From: Lama guanicoe
Taxonomy: Eukaryota
Reading direction: 5' to 3'
Length of the DNA stretch: 64,000 nt
NCBI GenBank assembly: GCA_013239625.1
Contig: MU053561.1
Span: 1,907,818 to 1,971,817, forward strand
Part shown: positions 10,196-23,365 of the stretch, piece by piece
How the letters are laid out: each line of letters starts with the position of its first letter
Numbering within the stretch: the first letter of the stretch is position 1
Made by a program: the position numbers and the translations under genes
Notes under the pieces: model-generated
Database searches by the model: none
What the model saw: only the letters and a program-made list of their open reading frames with translations
Told to the model about the DNA's origin: nothing

Positions 10196-13100
10196 TAGCT
10201 GTGAGCAGCTGAACCCACGCTACTGTGTTTGTCCTACTAAAGGGTTAATACACACAAGTTTACTACCTACTCAAAAAAAAAAATAACTTGTTAAGCAACT
10301 ACTATGCCCTGGGCTCCAGGAATACAGTCTTGTACAAGAGTCATAGACCTTAACTTCATGCATCTTATAGCCTGGTAGAGGTATTAAATTGTTCTAATTT
10401 CTTGCAAACATGCAGGACAAGTGTGAATCTGATATTAATGACCAGTTCTCTCACAGGAGGACCTGGACACAATCCTTAGCCAGGAGGGACTAGGGAAGTG
10501 CCTGTTCTGTCAGTCCTTCTTCTTTCCGTGCTAAAATGTGATGCGCTACCTGAAAGCTCCCTTCCCTCTCAGTCCTGCATCCAATGAGAATCCTGATAAC
10601 AAGTTAATAAGTCCTTCCCCACGCATAAGAGAGGTCTGGAGAAAGCCTAGTCCAAGTGTTGCAAAAGGATTATGTTTTGGATACTAACTCTGGTCACTGC
10701 TGCTTGCAGCACTGTGACGAGAATGACCGTGATGCCCTCCTGGGCTGAGCAGGAGAAAGGGCTGAAATCTAACAGTTGCAGCTGGTGTGCCATGTGTTTG
10801 CCTAACCCTCCATGACTGCCCTGTATCTGGCATTCGAATGTCTGGAAGCACATAGAATCATTGGCCCACTCACAGTCATACATACAGACTTTCTAATTAA
10901 TCAGGGCTGGACCGTGATTTCACTGCTGCGAAACTCACCACTTTCTGTGTCATTCTGAGAGCCTTCCTTGTCTAGGACCTCCTGTGTTGCACTCTGTGAT
11001 CTTTCTCTAAGTACTAACATCTACCCTTTGAATGTGTTTTGGGACCACATGCCCAACCTCAGAAGGAGAGCCACCAGCTCCCAACCTGTGTTTATGATGA
11101 TTCCATCCCGGATGACCCCTTCCTCTGACAGCAGAAAGCCATCATCAGGAGGCTAATACACGCCTCAGGAGAGCCTTGTTTTTATCTGGATCCTTTCTCA
11201 TCGTGCTGTCTCTATCATGCTTGTGGGATCCAAGTGGTCTGCTAGAGACCTGTGACCTTCCTGCCACACAGCAACAAATTTCAGAGTTATTTGTCACCAT
11301 GAGCAGTTGCTCCAAGTTCAAGCTTGGAAGTGTAGACTCTTTAGCAGCTGTTTTTCTATTGCTGCCGCCATCTCTCTACCTACTGGCTACTTGGGGAACC
11401 CTTGCAGTCATCATCATATTTGCCCGTCTTCGCCAGCTCTGCAAATAGGCCTTCGGCTGCTGCCTGCTACAAAATACTTTCTTCACATTGCTGCAGGAAC
11501 AACAGGAGCTTTATTAACCTTCCACGTGGGTTTGAGTGAAAGACTACAGCTCCCCACCCGGACTGTACGCTCCAGCAGGGCAAACCATGCCGTACCTGTT
11601 TTCAGCATCCCAGTATCCACAGTGCTGAGCACAACACCTGCACTAAATGTGTGGGTTTTTTTTTTTTTCACTGACTGATTGGACTACGTGCTGCCTCAGA
11701 TTCTCACATTAATCGGAAGCCTTGCCCTTTATAGTTACTTCTGGGCAGGACATTGTACATATGTACTCCTTGATACTCTACATTTTAAAAATAGCCTGCT
11801 TGTTGCCAGGGGTGGGGGCAGTATTTAAGTGTCTCGCGCCCATTTTTAAATCTTGTTCTTGACTTCATACTGTAATATTTTCATGAAAACCAGTTGGCTT
11901 GTATCTACACAGGCATGCATTACAACTGGTGGAGGGTGGAGAAGGGAGGAGAAAGATGCAGGGAGGAGAAAGGCAGGAAAACCCACATCTTGCCCTGTTT
12001 AAGTACCTAAATGGCTTTGAGTATGGCATGAGTTATTTGTAAAGACAAAAAAATGATGGATACATTTTCACTAACAGGGCGTCCTTTGGCAAATGAGAGA
12101 AGGCCTGTCCCAGTTTAGAGAGAAAGGCTGAAGAGTGTATTCTTGAGAACTGAAGGTTCCTTTTCTTCTTGTCTTCCTTAATTATAGCACTTAACTTGGG
12201 AGAAGGTTGCTGAAAGAACACGGGCTGTGACGTTAGAAGACCTGGGTTTGAACCCCAGCTTCTCAGTTTTCTTCTCTATCTGGCCCTTTATCTCTAGGCT
12301 TATTCTCTTATAATTACACCTCATCACCTCAAAGTGTAGCTGAAGATAAACTGGAAACTGTAAAGCACAGGATCCAACTAGTAAAGTATCACCATCACAC
12401 CCTTTATAAATCAAGAACAACCCTTTGACTCTGGATATTATATAAGGATTTACTAGAATTATTATCTTTTAGAAATGGCCTCTGCCTGCCCAGGTCTAAT
12501 GTAATAAACACAAGGACTTTTCCAAGGCAAATTCCTAAAGAGAACACAGTGCAACAGAAGCAGTTCACAAGGTTCTGTGAGTTTCGGTCGGTGATTACAT
12601 CCCGCTGCAGTGTCAGCAAGGGCTGGCAACCAACCTGGAGATAGAAGAAGTGACGAAAATGTCAAGATTCCTCAAGCAGATATGTCATGAAATGAGTTGG
12701 AGTCGACAAGGACATTGTGTTCAGCAATAAAGGCCAGGCGATCTGGCCATCTCTATACCGAATTATTACTGTCTGATTTAAAGAATCCCACTTTGCTGGG
12801 AAGCATTGAAAACAAACACATTTTAGCAGAGAATTGTGAGTCCTGACCTTTGCTCTGGGTGACCTCTGGACAGCAATGGTATACTGTACTTTCTTGTCTT
12901 ACAGTTTTAATATCTTTTTTTCCAATAAACATCTGGGACATGTGGTATGACAGTTCCAAATGAGCATCTGAGGAGACTAGAGCTTTATTTGAATCTGAGG
13001 CTGTTTCAGAGAGACTCCATGGTGACCACTCTGCATAGGATGTCCTTGTTTGGTCATGGTGCTAGTGAGGTGTGACCTGGCAGAGATTTTCCAGAGAGTC

Positions 13101-13829
13101 AGACCTGGGAGTGTGTTAACTCTGCTGAATTTTTGACATGTCGTAAGAGCATTCCTGCGGGCCCTCCTGAGTTGAAGTTTTAACTCTTAGCTCCAAGGAT
13201 GAGGAAAGCACCCAGAAATAGAATATGCATATTCTCCATATTTTCCAGAGGAAATTCTATTGACAAAAAAGTCTCCTGCCTGGTTCCTAAAACAGTTTCT
13301 TTCATGGGGTAAACCCAGAGGCTCTGCACTCTTTTCTCAACGTCTCAGGAGAGAATCTGATGCTCTGAGCCAGTGTCTTTAGGCTTTTATCGCTGCTGCA
13401 TTTGCCCTGCTGTCTTATATACATACACATAAGCACACTTGGAAAATGGGCTGTGATGTAGGAAAGGAAAACCAGTGCCAGTGAACCAACCGAAGGGAAA
13501 AGGAACTAACAAGAAATTGAAGAAGGCAGGTGGAAATGGATCACATGGTGAGTGGGGGCGAGTTTTCCTGAAGGTTCATGCTGTATCGGAGGATAACTGA
13601 CCACCTCAAAGCACAAAATCTGACAGAGCTCCCTTTCTTCCCAGGGGTCTCTGATCATAGGATACACACCAGGGAGTCAGAGAAGTGGAGGCCTAAGGTC
13701 ACATTTCTGAGCATCCTGAATTCAGCTTCACGGTCATTTGCTTTTACTGAAACTATGTTCCGGCCTTTGGTGTTTAAAATTGTCAGGAGGCAATGAGAGG
13801 CTGAAGTAGCGTGGTGAGGTGGATAATAA

Positions 13830-14030
13830 TGGCCAGTATTTATAATCCCTTACCTCGTGCCAGGCGTGATTCTGTGTATGAACACACTTGATCCTCCCAG
13901 AAATCATGTGAGGCTAGATCTTTTATTATCCCCACTCTACAGATGAGGAAATTGAGGCACAAAGAGAATTAAGGCTCTGAGTCCCATTAGTGGAAGGGTC
14001 AGGATTTGAACCTAGTGTTGAAGTCTCCAG
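13830..14030 (-). mobile_element. MIR SINE
   Basis: TTATTATCCCCACTCTACAGATGAGGAAATTGAGGCAC...GTCAGGATTTGAACC core. Further MIR fragments near 2950, 6050, 6990, 12230, 14840, 16200, 16750, 23470, 25620 and 45500-45930. Confidence 0.85.
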
Positions 14031-15077
14031 GTTTCCAATTTTCCAATTAATAGTGAGAGACAGTTCCCCGTGGACACCCTGTGAATTGGTGGTGGGAATT
14101 GATGGGAATTCAGATTCTCAGGCTCCCCACACAGCTTTATTGACCTCACAACTGGCACCAGTGCTAAAGGCTCTTAGGTACTGAGGTGTTCAATGTTAAG
14201 CTTTACACAAAGCAAGCGAGAATATGCTAGCAGTTGAATGGGAATGTATATTTGATCTTAGAACTATGTATTTGGTCCTGCCATGAAACATTTACCCTTC
14301 CTGTGACAAGACTTGGCCAACACCCAAATAAGTGCATGTCCCAGTATGAAACAAGAAATAGATAATCTTCTGTGGTAGCCTGGAAAAGAATGTCTTCAAT
14401 GTAGAGACACAAGGTTCCAGAGTTCAATGCCTAGTTACAAGCAGAAAAAAAATTGTATAATAATACTTTGGGATGACTTATTTATTCTCTTTTGATAATT
14501 TCCAAAAATTTTTGACCAGATTAATCAGAAAGATGCTTTTCTCTTTATTCCAGACCCATTCATTCTGTTAGAGACTGGAACCTTAGTTATGCAGTTCTAC
14601 ATCTTCTTTGTGATGGAGTCAGTCATTTGTGTCCTTGTCCCAGGCCCCCACGTTTCACAGGTGGGGAAGTGTTCTTCCCCACCCCTGCACTCCCTGTGGT
14701 GCTTGCTTTGCCTGACACCTTTCTTGAGCAGCCTGGCTCTGCCCTGTGCCTGGCCAGATATATACAGCATGAGGTGATGTGTTATACATGTCAAATGTTA
14801 ACCAGGGAAGGGACCTGAGAGATTAACTAGTGTCACGTTTTCATTTTATAGATGAGAAAACTGAGATGTGCAGGGTCAGCCACCCAAGGTCATTGGTGAG
14901 ATGGTGGCAGAGCCGTCTGACTCTCTGCACATTACCACCTTCTAAAATGTGGACGGGACCATGATGTTAGGGAAAAATATTTGTGGGTTATGAAATTATA
15001 TGGATTATTTATGTCCTGATGGGAATATTAGAAGTTAAAGGTGGAAACTGATGATACAATGATGGCAGACGAGAAGT

Positions 15078-15205
15078 TTTTAGCTCAGTGGTAGAGCACG
15101 TGCCTAGCATGCATGAAGTCCTGGGTTCAATCCCCAGTGCCTCCATTAAAAATATAGAAATAAACCTAATTACCTCCAAAATTTTTTTTTAAAAAGAAAG
15201 AAAGT
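15078..15205 (+). mobile_element. Camelid Vic-1-type SINE (5' end eroded)
   Basis: TAGCTCAGTGGTAGAGCACGTGCCTAGCATGCATGAAGTCCTGGGTTCAATCCCCAGTGCCTCC, followed by the characteristic AATAAACCTAATTACCTCC segment. Confidence 0.9.
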
Positions 15206-16886
15206 TAGCCTCTTGTCTGTGATATAACATTTTTGAAGTGGAGATAATAGCCTGACAGTAGTCTAGTTCAGCCTATCATGTTACAAATGTTTAAACTGAC
15301 TTATAGATGTTAAATGACTTGTAAATCTGCAGCCCAGGATTTTGACTCCTGGTTTAGTAAGTTTTACACTTCACCATGCCAACTCTAAGACAGAAAGAAC
15401 CAATATCCACCCTCAAAAAACCATGTAAGCACTGGGATTCGGGCACTTTGCCCCTCTCCATGGCCCAGTTATTTCTCACTAATCCATATAGGGACATATC
15501 TCTCCAACTTAATTGGCGCTTTCTAGGTTCACCAGACCTGTCTTCATCAAATATCCTACTCTCTGTAAGCAAAATGAGTTCTTGACTTTCCGCACAAATT
15601 CTCATTCTTGAGTCAGTCCTTCGCCCTGAACTTACTGAGTTCCTGTTAAATGAAGATCGCTGCTTTGGGCAAGGTAAGAGGATACAACAGAAATAGAAAA
15701 TTCAGTCCCTGCCTTAGTAAACAGTCCATCTGAAGAGACAAAGCAAACATCAGATTCATCTGAGAACGAGTTCGTAATTACTAACACTCAAGACGTATAA
15801 ACCAAGCGAGTGATGGAAGGGGTTTGCGTCAATCAGAAAAGGATTCCTGCAAGTTAAGTTCTACTTCAGATCTAGAAAGAAGTGACATATGTAGATGATA
15901 ACAGCACCAATATATTCAGCACTTTCTAGTTCTCAGCATCACAGACATCACCTCTTTTCATCTGAACGGCCGTGCTGTTTCTTTAATTTAAACACAAATT
16001 AACTGTAGAATAATGAAGAGACCAAGTAACTTGTTCAGACAGCCTGGAAGGGGCCCAGGGCTTCTCTTTCCAGGACCTGTGATCTGTGCCCTACACCAGA
16101 CTGCTTCAGTTTGGCAAAGGAAGAGAAGGGAGTGGAGAGGGGGTTAAGGGGAAATGAGTCACTGACTTGATTTCTTTTAAGAGGCCCTGTGGTATGGTGA
16201 GAAGGCTGTAATTTTGGAGTCAGACGAGATTTGAATCTGTCTTGCTATTTACAAGCTGCGACCCTGTCAAGTGACTTATCCTCCAAACCTCTGTTTTCTC
16301 GACTGAAAAATGGGAGTGAATCCGACCTACTCTTTACGGTTTCCTGACATATGGTAGGCCTCTGATATGTGGTGACTACTTGAGCAAGTAACGGGCTAGA
16401 GTGGGGACGTGGCTTGGTCTTTCTCTTGTGTGTTTTGCTGATTGACTTGGTTGAAGCAAAGGGGATGAAGGGCAAAAGACCCAACAAACACAAGTGCATT
16501 GAGTCCCAGGGAAAAGCACCACACCTGTCCTCAGACTCTTCTTGCTCACTGTCCTAGCAGGAGGATTTTTATAAGTGTAAAGAAGAACTTCCAGAGAGAA
16601 GAACTGAGAGATCCTTAACTCTATGGATGCAGTCCTACCTGGCATAGCACGCAAGACAGTGTGTGTACAAAGTGCACTGGAAATTGTTAAAGCAAGCTCT
16701 GGACTCGGCGGTGGAAGAGTGGGCTCGCCTTGCCTCTGCCACTTTCCAGCTCTATGTTTTTACCTAGATCAGTTAACCTCCTTGCTCCAGGGACACCTAT
16801 GAAGGGGGGCTAGTAATCCCTACATCACAGAATTTCCAAGGATCAAATGAGATACTTCCATTAACAAACACCTGTAAAATGCCCAC

Positions 16887-17193
16887 TGTGATGGTTAATT
16901 TTACGTGTCAACTTGGAGGGAGTTTTTTGATGAAATTGTGATTTAAATTGGTAAACTTGGAGTAAGCGGATGACCCTCCATAATGTGAGTGGGTCTTATT
17001 CAATCAGTCGAAGGCTTGACTACTTGACTAGAACAAAAAGACCAGCCTCCCCCAGCAAGAGGGAGTCTTCTGGCAGACGGCCTTCAGACTTCACCTGCAT
17101 CAGCGGCTCTCCTGGGTCCTCAGCCGGCCAGCCAACACTACAGCTTCTGAGCGGGCCAGCCTCCATAATCACGTGAGCCAATCCCTTAAAATA
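16887..17193 (+). mobile_element. MLT2 (ERV-L) solo LTR, 3'-truncated
   Basis: Begins TGTGATGGTTAATTTTACGTGTCAACTTG and contains CCAGCCTCCATAATCACGTGAGCCAATCCCTTAAAATAA. Confidence 0.85.
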
Positions 17194-17299
17194 AGACACC
17201 TACCGCGAGTCAACCACTTTGGGCCCTGGGGATACGGTATTGAAGGAGACAGACAATAAATAGGCCAACAAGGCAAGATCAGGTAGTGATGTGAATAAA

Positions 17300-17900
17300 A
17301 TACAAAACAAGGCGTGGATAGCAAGTGTTGGGGCTCCTCTGGACTGAGTGTATCTGGGTGAAGCATCCTTATAGAATGGGGAAAGGCAAAGGTTCTTAGG
17401 ACTGAACTCTGAGTGCTTGGACAGAGGGGAAGTTGGTGTGCCTGCGAACAGAGCCGGCATGACAGAGTGGTGGGAGGTACAGTAGGTAAGGTTGCAAGGC
17501 CCATCAGGTAGGCCTAGTACCCTCATGGTAAAGAATTTGAATTCTATTCTAAGTGCAGTGGGAAACCATTGAAGGGGTTTTCTGCCAACACGTGGCGGAT
17601 TCTGACTTGTACACGCAGACGTATTTTTTAATTGGGGTGAAGGTCACATAACACAAAATTAACCATTCTGAAGTAAACATTTCAGTGGTATTCACAATGT
17701 TGTGCAATCACCACCAATTTATATTTTTAAAAGATCACTCTGGTGGCTATGTGGGAAGTGGATGGTGGAGGGGCAAGAGGGCAAAAGGAGAAGCAGATTC
17801 GGAAGCAGAAGAGATGGGGTGGCTAGGGTGGTAGCAAAACAGATGGAAAGGAGATGTATTTTTGAGGAAGAGTCAACACGGCTTTCTAACAGATTCAGCG
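17300..17900 (-). mobile_element. L2 fragment with a nested L1MB-like 3' piece (~17625-17715)
   Basis: L2-like GAATTTGAATTCTATTCTAAGTGCAGTGGGAAACCATTGAAGG and TTTTAAAAGATCACTCTGG. Other L2 pieces near 7100, 11550, 28560-28830, 43650 and 62860. Confidence 0.7.
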
Positions 17901-18239
17901 TAGCATGTCAGGAAAGATGTCATATATAATGAAGCATTTAAAGCAAGCTTTGCCAACTGTAAAATGTTACCATCGTTAATATGAATAAGATTTTACGATT
18001 ACTGAAGAGAAAGAGCAGGACCGGATGGCCTCCAAAGATCCCTCAGCGTCCTGAGATCCTCTGATGCCTTAAAGATGGGTAAACTGCCTTTGAGGGGAAA
18101 GGGGAGATTTATTTGAAGATCCTCCTGATCCCATGCAGCGCCCACGTCCAGCCAGAGGACAGTTCTGGGGCATTGTCCAACCAAATACTCGCTGAGAACA
18201 GGCGAAGCCTGCCTTCCCCCAGCCAGCAGGGCTATGTCA

Positions 18240-18480
18240 TGGCCTGGAGGCGTGCATGGGAACTGGCAGGCCCGGGCGCAGCATCCCAGACGCTACACTC
18301 TTAAGGAGGAAGTGCCCTGACGCCTGGGCTCTCAGACCTCCAAGATGTCCAGTAAAAACAGACTGGGTGGCGAGGCTCGGGGCCAGAGAAGGGAGAGCGC
18401 TTCCAGCAGCGCAGCCCTACGCGGAAGACTCTTGCTGGCACGGAGCGTGCCTTCGCAGGTCGTAGCGCTTTCCCCGGAGT
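18240..18480. promoter_or_regulatory. Small CpG-rich patch (candidate regulatory element)
   Basis: 17 CpGs counted in ~230 bp of GC-rich unique sequence, with an ETS-like GAGGAAGT at ~18306. Confidence 0.4.
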
Positions 18481-18908
18481 CCCAGGGGGCTGGAGTCTGA
18501 GCTCTTGCTCACAAGTGAGACTCAGCATCTGACCCTGTCAGCATCTCAGATCATGTTCAGGTGGCAAGGGTCTTCAAGAAAGATCCTCTCCAAAAGACAG
18601 TTTCTTCTTTCCCTCCCTTCTCCTGCCTAGAGACGCTTGCCAGAAATCCAAATCTATTTGGTTTATGATCTTTGTAGTCTCCTCTGGAAAAAGTGATCTC
18701 TTTTTCATGTAAGACTTAGCTTTCGATGGTTAGGGCCTCTACTGGGCTGGGAAGGCTCATCTTTGACAGAGAGTTTTTCACCAGGCAAATAAGGAAGCAG
18801 CATTAACTCTTTTAAAATCTCTTGAGCAATAGTGCCACTACATTATAATTTGTGAAATGGCCCTTCTTCCCTCTGAGAGAACAAACGGCCCTTACCATAC
18901 GATTAGAG

Positions 18909-19103
18909 CTGTAGCTCTCAAAGTGTGGACCCCAGGCTGACGGCTTTAGCACCCGCACCACCGTGAACTTGTGGGAAATGCGGATTCTCAGGCCCCACCC
19001 CTGACCTACTGAATGAGAAACTCTGGAAGTGGGGTTCTGCAAATCTGTGTTTTAACAAGTCTTTCAAGAGGTTTTGAGGCATGCTCAAGTGTGAGAACCA
19101 TTG
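18909..19103. mobile_element. MER5A hAT-Charlie MITE, full length
   Basis: TIR-like ends CTGTAGCTCTCAAAG...GTGAGAACCATTG. 8-bp TSD GATTAGAG/CTTTAGAG (6/8). Confidence 0.9.
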
Positions 19104-19464
19104 CTTTAGAGAAACAGAGAACTATAGAACCATAGAAAGTGTGAGCAGAGCAATCAGGTGGTCACCTGGCCATATGATGGATGAAGGAAGCGAGGCCCAG
19201 AAAGAGAAGGTGACTTGTCCTAGAAGATGTAAAGGACAGATAACCTTTCAGTCCCTCTGGGTTCTCCCTCCTTTCCCACGGGGAAACTCAGATCTTTCTT
19301 CTGAATTATTGTCCTTTCCCAGAAGTTCTAGCTGCTCACCAATCCTCAGACTATCAAGTAATTTTTAACAATTTCCTCTGTGTGTTTATAGAAATATACT
19401 CAGTTTATATAGTAAAAGGTAGATGATGCTATGTGCATAAAATGTTGAAGAGGCCTCAAAGAGT

Positions 19465-19850
19465 GTGGGGCTTAGATTGGGTTCCCTGGAAGCAGATTTG
19501 TTGACAGAGAATTGCGTGCAGAATTTTATTGGGTGTGTTTCTATGTAAGGATTGGTCAAAGGGAGAAACTGACCCCACATCTGGTTGTAACTGAGGCTTT
19601 AGACAACCCCACAGGGAGCTCTGGAGCTGGAGTGAGCTTTCAGCATTATTTCCAATTGAAGTAAGGGGGCCCAACCTTTATATCGCTGTATCAGCCAGTC
19701 ATTATCGGTGAGCTGCCCCTGGGAGGGACCTTCGTCTTCAGCCAGGCAGTCCTCTGCCATGGGCACAGCCTAGAAAGGGACACAGCTGGGAGGCATCAGC
19801 AGCTGGGAGCTGGGTGGATCAACCCTGAAGAGAATATAAAAGTAGCCTCT
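19465..19850 (-). mobile_element. Old ERVL LTR (LTR16-like)
   Basis: GGGTTCCCTGGAAGCAGA...GCGTGCAGAATTTTATTGGG (antisense AATAAA) and CAGCCAGTCATT...GCTGCCCCTGGG resemble the recalled LTR16 family. Confidence 0.6.
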
Positions 19851-22440
19851 ACAGAAGGCATTCCAGATTTGGGGAGTGAGTGACAGGGTCAGAAGAATTC
19901 ACCTGCTGAAAATAAAATCAAAATACCCCAAGACACAACATCAGAAGAATCCGATCCTAAAAGAAGGTGTGTTACTGCTGAGACTGGAGTTCTTTCCATC
20001 CCTGCTCAACATTCCCGAAGCTGGTGAAGAAGGTCATGAAGTGGACCAGAGCCTTCCAGCAAGTGTGCTAAGGCCCGCGGATGGGCAACAGTGAATCAAA
20101 GATTGCAGGGGCGTTTGCTTCCTTCGAACCTTAGGGTGACAGAACAGGACTTGGGGTTCTGACTGGAGTCCCTTGGTCAGTTCCACCCAGTACGCCCTAC
20201 AGACATTGCTGTTGTTTCTGGGTGCACGATGTACAAAAAGTTGTAAAGCTCTAGTTTGTAAAGAAAGTTGTTGTCTACTCAACTGTACCGTACTGTGTCT
20301 GAGGCAATGCTGGCATCACAGACGGAGGTGACTCCTGTGCCAGAGTGGGGGCTCTCTAATTCTGAGAACCATCGCTGTTTATCCAGAAATGTCTCCAGAG
20401 AGCAGAAGGGCACCTTACCCAAGAACTCTAGAATGACAAACTATCCCTTAAAAACAAGGACACTCTGAAGCTATGCTCTGCTTTTGTCCACATGGAGAAT
20501 ATCTGCTTTATGTTTCAGCATCCACAGTGGGATGACCCTCAGGAGCGCTCTGAGAAAAGGCTGGGTATCAGTGATCCTACCTGATACCCCTCACTGAGAA
20601 GTCTGCATCTGATTTATCATTCAGGCTCTTATTTAGAGAACCAGCTCTCCAGAGCCTGCTTATCTATGAGGAATGGATGGAATTAAGTTCCCAGACCTGC
20701 AAAACAGAGGGCTAACTTCTGGATGGTGGAGGACATGTATGGGAACCCTGGGCAGTTCTCCCTCCAGCAGCATCATTTAACAAGTGCACTAAGGAAACAT
20801 TACACACAGAGGGATCTGACCATTGGAGAAGCAATATTTAGGTGTTTTCTCTGTGTGCTTAGGAGCTTTGACCCAAACCCTTGGGTGACCTGGCCCCAGA
20901 CCTGCCCCAGGATTAGAACCCAGGTGGATTTCAAGCTGGTTTTGCCTACCCACTGGACCATGGGAAATTGATCCTCTTGCCTGCCTTCCTGAGGAGAGAG
21001 GGAAGAAGTAGGAGTGGCCTGAAAACTAGGGCCAAGAAAGGTTTTCTGCTCTGTTCTGGGACTATTCCAGCCAACTGACGGGAGAAGGGTGGGTGTCCTC
21101 TCTGTTTGGAGTCAGCCAGAGCCCACTCCCTAGTGCTTTGGAACAGCCAGCTGAACTCGGCATCTCCCACTATTGCGCTTTAACACCATGCCAGCGGGCT
21201 CCACCCTAGTCCTGCTGCGCGTTGGAGCAGCCGCTGCCAAAGGCTTTGCCTTTCTTGACCACAAGCCCTAGAGCATCCAGGGGCCTCCAGCTCTTGCGGT
21301 CCCACCAAATCCCCAGGCCTCCTGGGCACGCCGCCAGAGGGTTGCTGCCACTGCTTGGACATAAGAGTTAATCACAAGCTATTGCTCTTGTCTCTCTCCG
21401 TGTTCTCCTTTTTAAGCACAGGGATGCTGACCTCTTCATTTCTCCATGCCCTCTGGCACCTAACATCATACTGTTTGCAAAGGAAGTTCTCAGGAAATGT
21501 CTGGGAAGTGAACAAGTAAATGCATAAATGGATAAATGCATTTATGAAGATTTATGAAAGCCTTGATACCATGACTAAGTGATTTGGGAGTTGAGCTGGA
21601 GCATCCAGTCGTACAGGAGAGGGTGGGAGATGGGCTGTCGACATCCTCAACTAGGAAAATCCTCTGCCCGCTCACACACCGTGTTTTTTTTTTTTTCCTC
21701 CACCACCCAACATTAAGATAAAATAAGGACACAGAGGGATGAAAGGAAGCCTTGGAGGATGAAAAAGATGTCATAAAAGGAAGGCTATCGGGGTGGTGCA
21801 GATAAGGAAGTAGAGGCTCTGCCCCATGCCCACTCCGCTCGGTGGCCGCTGGGAGTGTGGGCTTGGGCAAGACTGTCATGGGTGGCCTTTGAGGCTCTGG
21901 GCTTTCAGAGCTTCATCTGCAGGCCCCCATTTCTTTCCCGCCCATCCACTGTCTCTGTGAGTCACTACCCAAGTCACCATCCCACCCTCCATGTGAGGCC
22001 TTCTCAAGCCTGAGGCAGTGGTGCTAATTTGCGGCCCCCCTCCCTGTATTCATCTGCTGCGGCTACTCCTTGAGTCAGCTTGAAGGCCTCTCTGCGTGTC
22101 TCCTGTCGTCTTCTCTGCATGAGGTCTTGGGTCTTCTTGGAAAGGACAGGCCTGTCAACTGCTTCTGCCTCCCAGATTCATGGGCCCAGCTGGTGGCAGG
22201 CTGTCTTCAGCTGCCCCAGAAGCACACTCCCAGCGGAGCAACTCAATATCTCTTTTTGTCAACAAAGGCATCTTATTATTATTCCTGCACATCTAGTCTT
22301 AAATGGAATTGGGTACGTAATAAAAGTCATAGAGATGTGACAGAAAAATCTATATAAATCATAATATTTACAGCCATCTTCATCTGGGGGTTTCTGAGGT
22401 TAAAACAAAAGGACAGCTCTTGTCCCTTTGGGCTGACTGA

Positions 22441-22880
22441 GTGTACTAGTTAAGGCAAAACTAGCTTCTGTAATAAGCCAATCCTCCAACTGTCAGCAGC
22501 ATGACTAGAACAGCCCTTGCTCCCATCAGTCCCAATAAGGTATTTCATAGAGAGCCTCCCATGTGGTGATTCATGGTCCCATGTCCCTTCCTTGAGGCTT
22601 AGCTGTCCCCTTGGGCCTTGGACTCCCTTGCCTCTGTCTGGCAGGGAGGGAAAGGGAAGGTAGAGGAGAAATACTCACTTCCTAATCACTTTGGCCTGGA
22701 AGTGACACACGTCATTTCTGCTCCCCTCCCAGCGATGAGGACTAGTCTACCTACTCCACATGGCTGCACCCCAGATCCAAAAGGGGGTTGAGAGATGTAG
22801 TTTCTGGCTGGAGAGGTCCCCTTCAAGACCTCCTCACTCTGAGAGAGGAGCACAGATCTCAGAAGAGCAGCTCGCCGTCC
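22441..22880 (-). mobile_element. Old MaLR LTR (MLT1K/L-like)
   Basis: TGGCCTGGAAGTGACACACGTCATTTCTGCTC...ACTAGTC...CACATGGC...GAGATGTAGT motif series. Confidence 0.65.
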
Positions 22881-23247
22881 CCGACACAGTGAAGTCATGA
22901 CTGGCAGTGACGAACTAAGGAAGCTGAAAGAATGGGACACATCACCCAACAGGGAAAAGCACACGGAACGTATCAGGGAAGGATCACAAAAATTATGAAG
23001 GAAGGGAGACAGGTGAGGAGCAGAGCTGGCCAAGAAGGGGCTCCGGAGGGCAGAGAGCAGATGGGAGCAGCTGCTGCCAAGTGTGAGGCTTTGAAGAGAC
23101 ACTATTAAGAGTGAGCTGAGTGTTGGTACTGAGTGTTGTGTGGTGTGGTTTGTCCCTCATTGAGTTTCACTCAGTAAGGCCTTCAGCAGTGTGAGAGGGC
23201 AGAGGCCAACCTCAGGGTTTTTGAGTCAAATGGGCTAAAAAAATAGT

Positions 23248-23365
23248 GATTCTGAAATTCGGTCGTGATGGTGGCTGCACAGCACTGTGAATGTACTAAA
23301 ACTTACCAAACTGTACACTTTGAAAGGGTGAGTTTTATGATATGTGAATATAGCTCAATAAAAAG
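23248..23365 (+). mobile_element. L1 (L1MB/MC-like) 3' end
   Basis: GATGGTGGCTGCAC...TGTGAATGTACTAAAAC...TGTACACTTT...ATATGTGAAT...CTCAATAAA. Confidence 0.8.

Noticed and set aside
20563..20589. Perfect 9-bp stem-loop GGGTATCAG/CTGATACCC
   Set aside because: A few such stems are expected by chance in 64 kb, and there is no supporting context.
21328..21348. CTCF site (CCGCCAGAGGGTTGC)
   Set aside because: The conserved 3' GGCRS core is broken.
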